Below, in pieces: positions 62,724-64,000 of a DNA stretch of 64,000 nucleotides (the stretch's first letter is position 1; every line of letters begins with the position of its first letter). The stretch lies in assembly GCA_965113315.1 (NCBI GenBank), contig OZ220365.1; one strand, written 5' to 3'. A program made the position numbers and the translations under genes. The notes beneath the pieces were generated by a model, which worked only from the letters and a program-made list of their open reading frames with translations, searched no databases and was not told where the DNA came from. The DNA comes from Podarcis vaucheri. Lineage: Eukaryota.

Positions 62724-64000
62724 TGTCTCCTTGATCCTTGCCCATCCTGGCTAATAAAAGCAAGCCGGGAAGGGCTGGGTGATGGGCTCTGCGGGGTGGT
62801 GAATGCTTCCCTCTGTGAGGGAACATTCCCAGATCCGCTGAAAGAGGCGGTCATTAAACCGCTTCTTAAAAAACCATCTTTAGACCCAGCCAGTATGGCC
62901 AACTATCGCCCAGTCTCAAATCTTCCATTCTTGGGCAAGGTGATTGAGCACGTGGTTGCTGAACAACTCCAGGCACGCCTGGAGGATGTGGACCATTTGG
63001 ATCCCTTCCAATTGGGAATCAGGCCTCATCATGGGACTGAAACTGCCTTGGTCGCGCTGGTTGATGATCTCCAGCGAGCTAGGGACAAAGGTGAGAGTTG
63101 TTTCCTGGTTCTGCTGGATCTCTCAGCGGCCATAACATCCTTCTGGACCATCTAGAGGGGCTGCGAGCTGGGGGCACTGTTATACAGTGGTTTCGCTCCT
63201 TCCTCCTGGGCCGTGTTCAGAAAGTGGTGGTGGGGGATGAGTGTTCAGACCCCTGGGCTCTCACTTGTGGGGTGCCTCAGGGTTTCGTCCTCTCCCCCAT
63301 GCTTTTTAACATCTATATGAAGCCGCTGGGAGAGATCATCAGGGGGTTTGGACTGGGTGTCCATCAATATGCAGATGATACCCAGCTCTACCTCTCTTTC
63401 AAATCAGAACCAGTGAAGGCGGTGAAGGTCCTGTGTGAGTGCCTGGAGGCGGTTGGAGGATGGATGGCGGCTAATGGATTGAAGTTGAATCCTGACAAGA
63501 CAGAAGTACTGTTTTTGGGGGACAGGGGGCAGGCCGGTGTGGAGGACTCCCTGGTCCTGAATAGGGTAACTGTGCCCCTGAAGGACCAGGTGCGCATCCT
63601 GGGAGTCATTTTGGACTCACAGCTGTCCATGGAGGCGCAGGTCAATTCTGTATCCAGGGCAGCTGTCTACCAACTCCACCTGGTACGCAGGCTGAGACCC
63701 TACCTGCCCGCGGACTGTCTCGCCAGAGTGGTGCATGCTCTAGTTATCTCCTGCTTGGACTACTGAAATGCGCTCTACGTGGGGCTACCTTTGAGGGTGA
63801 CTCGGAAACTACAACTAATCCAGAATGCGGCAGCTAGACTGGTGACTGGGGGCGGCCGCCGAGACCACATAACACCGGTCTTGAAAGACATTGCTCCCAG
63901 TACGTTTCAGAGCACAATTCAAAGTGCTGGTGTTGACCTTTAAAGCCCTAAATGGCCTCGGCCCAGTATACCTGAAGGAGCATCTCCACCCCCATCGTTC
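62724..64000 (+). mobile_element. L2-clade LINE, reverse transcriptase region (disrupted, runs off the window)
   Basis: CLLDPCPSWL...LKKPSLDP...NYRPVSNLPFLGKVIE...LLDLSAA, frameshift near 63130, then GVPQG...YADDTQLY; stop at 63764-63766. Antisense to the GRM1 intron. Confidence 0.93.

Noticed and set aside
47979-64000. Search for the GRM1 seven-transmembrane exon or a nested host gene
   Set aside because: No such reading frame seen; the region appears to be GRM1 intron with repeats only.

Overview
Vertebrate genomic DNA, from a squamate reptile and most likely a lacertid lizard (inferred from Sauria SINEs, a BovB-type RTE LINE and lizard-type MITEs). Two host genes lie on the minus strand in the same order as in mammals. 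GRM1 (mGlu1) contributes its terminal mGlu1a exon (39880-40762, with the Homer TPPSPF motif and the SSTL PDZ end) and the 85-nt mGlu1b cassette exon (47894-47978). About 22 kb further along the minus strand is RAB32 exon 1 (17413-17647) in a CpG island, and its intron 1 runs off the left edge. The rest is intronic or intergenic DNA rich in mobile elements: seven copies of one TA-targeting Tc1/mariner-pogo MITE, other Tigger-like, hAT and PIF/Harbinger MITEs, five Sauria SINEs, and BovB, L1, L2, CR1 and Penelope remnants, several of them nested. The most notable observations are an SNRPF retrocopy split by a MITE, a Penelope-type hammerhead ribozyme core inside a 39-bp inverted repeat downstream of the GRM1 stop codon, four RBFOX motifs around the mGlu1b exon, a young hAT MITE carrying telomere-like TAACCC units, a 58-bp-arm GC-rich palindrome, a transposon-borne CTCF-like motif and an orphan GC/CCAAT/TATA cassette. 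I found no convincing evidence of a wholly new multi-gene system. Family names come from my recognition of the sequences, not from database searches.
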